Origin: Candidatus Sericytochromatia bacterium
Lineage (GTDB): Bacteria > Cyanobacteriota > Sericytochromatia > JACMPN01
Direction of reading: 5' to 3'
Length of the DNA: 36,577 bases
NCBI GenBank assembly: GCA_014377495.1
Contig: JACMPN010000336.1
Span: forward strand, 1-36,577
In this document: positions 35,535-36,577 of the stretch, one piece after another
Layout: each line of letters begins with the position of its first letter
Numbering within the stretch: position 1 is the first letter of the stretch
Notes under the pieces: model-generated
What the model was told of the DNA's origin: nothing
What the model saw: the letters and a program-made list of their open reading frames with translations, nothing else
The model's database searches: none
Position numbers and translations under genes: made by a program

Positions 35535-36085
35535 TAGCCGGCGATGACGGTGAGGCGTGGATCCACGTCCGTCTGCAGGAGGTGTCCGATCCCGCGCATG
35601 GTCCCGGCGGCGGCCCTGGGGCACCTGCCGCAAGCGCCCTGGTAGCGGATCTTCAGGGTGAAGCCGTCGAGACCGATGACTTCGAGGCCGCCACCGTCAC
35701 CGGCCAGCGCCGGGCGGATGCGGTTGTTGAGGATGTCCTGGATCTTGTCATACAGGACATCGCCCGTGGGGCCGCCCTCAGGTGAGGCCGAAGCCGTCGT
35801 CGTGGCATCGGCCGTCACGTTGTCGGCTTCGGCTTCGATGACAGGCTTGATCTCGGGGATGACAGCATCCCAGACGAGTTGGGAGTCCTTGGTGACGGTG
35901 ACGAACTCGGGGGTGTAGAACACCGACTGCACGAAGCCCAGGGCAAACAGGGCTTTAGCCAGCGGATCCTGCTCGGCCTTGGCCGCATCATCGAACTGCC
36001 GGACGCCACTGATCGGCAGTGCTTCCATCAAAACGAACTTCAGGGCATCGGGGTTCGGCGTCATTTCCGTATGGCGGATTTTCAT
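35534..36085 (-). CDS. nfuA: Nfu/NifU-type Fe-S cluster carrier (Nfu_N plus NifU C domain)
   Basis: TPNPDALKF, PLAKALF, FVTVTK; IRPALAGDGG and YQGACGRCP (CxxC); GGAGG SD. Confidence 0.9.
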   Translation of the reverse strand: MKIRHTEMTPNPDALKFVLMEALPISGVRQFDDAAKAEQDPLAKALFALGFVQSVFYTPEFVTVTKDSQLVWDAVIPEIKPVIEAEADNVTADATTTASASPEGGPTGDVLYDKIQDILNNRIRPALAGDGGGLEVIGLDGFTLKIRYQGACGRCPRAAAGTMRGIGHLLQTDVDPRLTVIAG

Positions 36086-36480
36086 CGTCAACCGTCCTCC
36101 GCAGGCAACATGGGCCTGCTTGTCTTTGTCACTATCGTCGGGCTTCCGACAGGACGTGGGTTGCGCCCACCGATCGGAAACTTGAGCAAACTGGTTATAT
36201 TATCTCACAGTCAGGCGCGGGCGAACCGACCGCAGCACTGAATGTCAGCTGAGGGGCCAGACCTGCCCCCAAGATCCCTGCCGCGGCTTCAGGTGGAAGC
36301 TCATGGAATCCCAGGCCGGGAGATGTGGCCGGTGCCCAGGTCGGTGAGGTGGTCCAGCCGTTAGGATGAGCCGGACGACCTGGGTCGAGCACCGGGAGAC
36401 CTGCACTGCGTTCCGGTAAGGCTGAAGCTACCTTAGGAGGGCTCGACGCAGCGGATAGGCCGCCCTCGCCGACCGTGTCG

Positions 36481-36576
36481 TCAGATGGCCCAGAGGGCGA
36501 GGCGTAACGTCAGCGGTGCCAGTGAGGAGGGCATGGCGACCACCAGGGTAGAAGGGCTGCGGCTCGTCACCTCAAG
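36481..36576 (-). CDS. Possible 3' end of a gene entering from the right edge
   Basis: Open GC3-rich frame LEVTSRSPSTLVVAMPSSLAPLTLRLALWAI*. An alternative is a plus-strand gene starting at ATG 36533 after GAGGAGG; the window edge prevents a decision. Confidence 0.3.
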   Translation of the reverse strand, partial: LEVTSRSPSTLVVAMPSSLAPLTLRLALWAI

Positions 36577-36577
36577 A

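Noticed and set aside
36250-36410. Cobalamin riboswitch, suggested by GGAGACCTGC
   Set aside because: The AGGGAA, GCCCCCGCAACTGT and GCCACTG/GGGAAGG elements are not present in order.
1-36577. CRISPR array, transposase, integrase, prophage, or HIP1 (GCGATCGC) enrichment
   Set aside because: No regularly spaced direct repeats or mobile-element motifs were seen. GCGATCGC occurs only occasionally, and enrichment cannot be claimed without counting against expectation.

Overview
GC-rich bacterial chromosomal window. The EF-Tu insert ([13 protein letters not shown]) and an 11-subunit complex I without nuoEFG suggest a cyanobacteria-related lineage, possibly non-photosynthetic and flagellated; this is inference only. 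From left to right: (1) a flbD-nadK-nucleotidyltransferase unit; (2) a ~12 kb glycan-tailoring cluster with a deacetylase, GT2, GNAT-like protein, MaoC-SDR fusion, FkbH, ACP, two paralogous methyltransferases, a FemAB-like transferase, MoxR and GT4; (3) hypothetical genes, including a TolB-like lipoprotein with an upstream 48-aa small ORF missed by the ORF track, a FlgM-like gene behind a sigma28-type promoter, and a DUF4234/DUF2752 pair; (4) a sigma70-family gene divergent from tRNA-Thr/Tyr/Thr-tuf; (5) nuoABCDHIJKLMN; (6) a four-repeat EF-hand-like protein and nfuA. The most unusual signal is a family of three 103-134 nt rod-shaped palindromic elements. Each starts at the stop codon of an unrelated gene, shares a conserved core (GGCCCACCTGCTWTG...CGCATCTGGACC), has compensating variable stems, and carries mismatches that favour folding of the strand antisense to the adjacent gene. 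The second highlight is a free-standing FkbH/ACP/dehydratase-reductase module resembling a PKS glyceryl/lactyl loading module, placed among glycan enzymes. All calls come from reading motifs by eye; no database searches were run.
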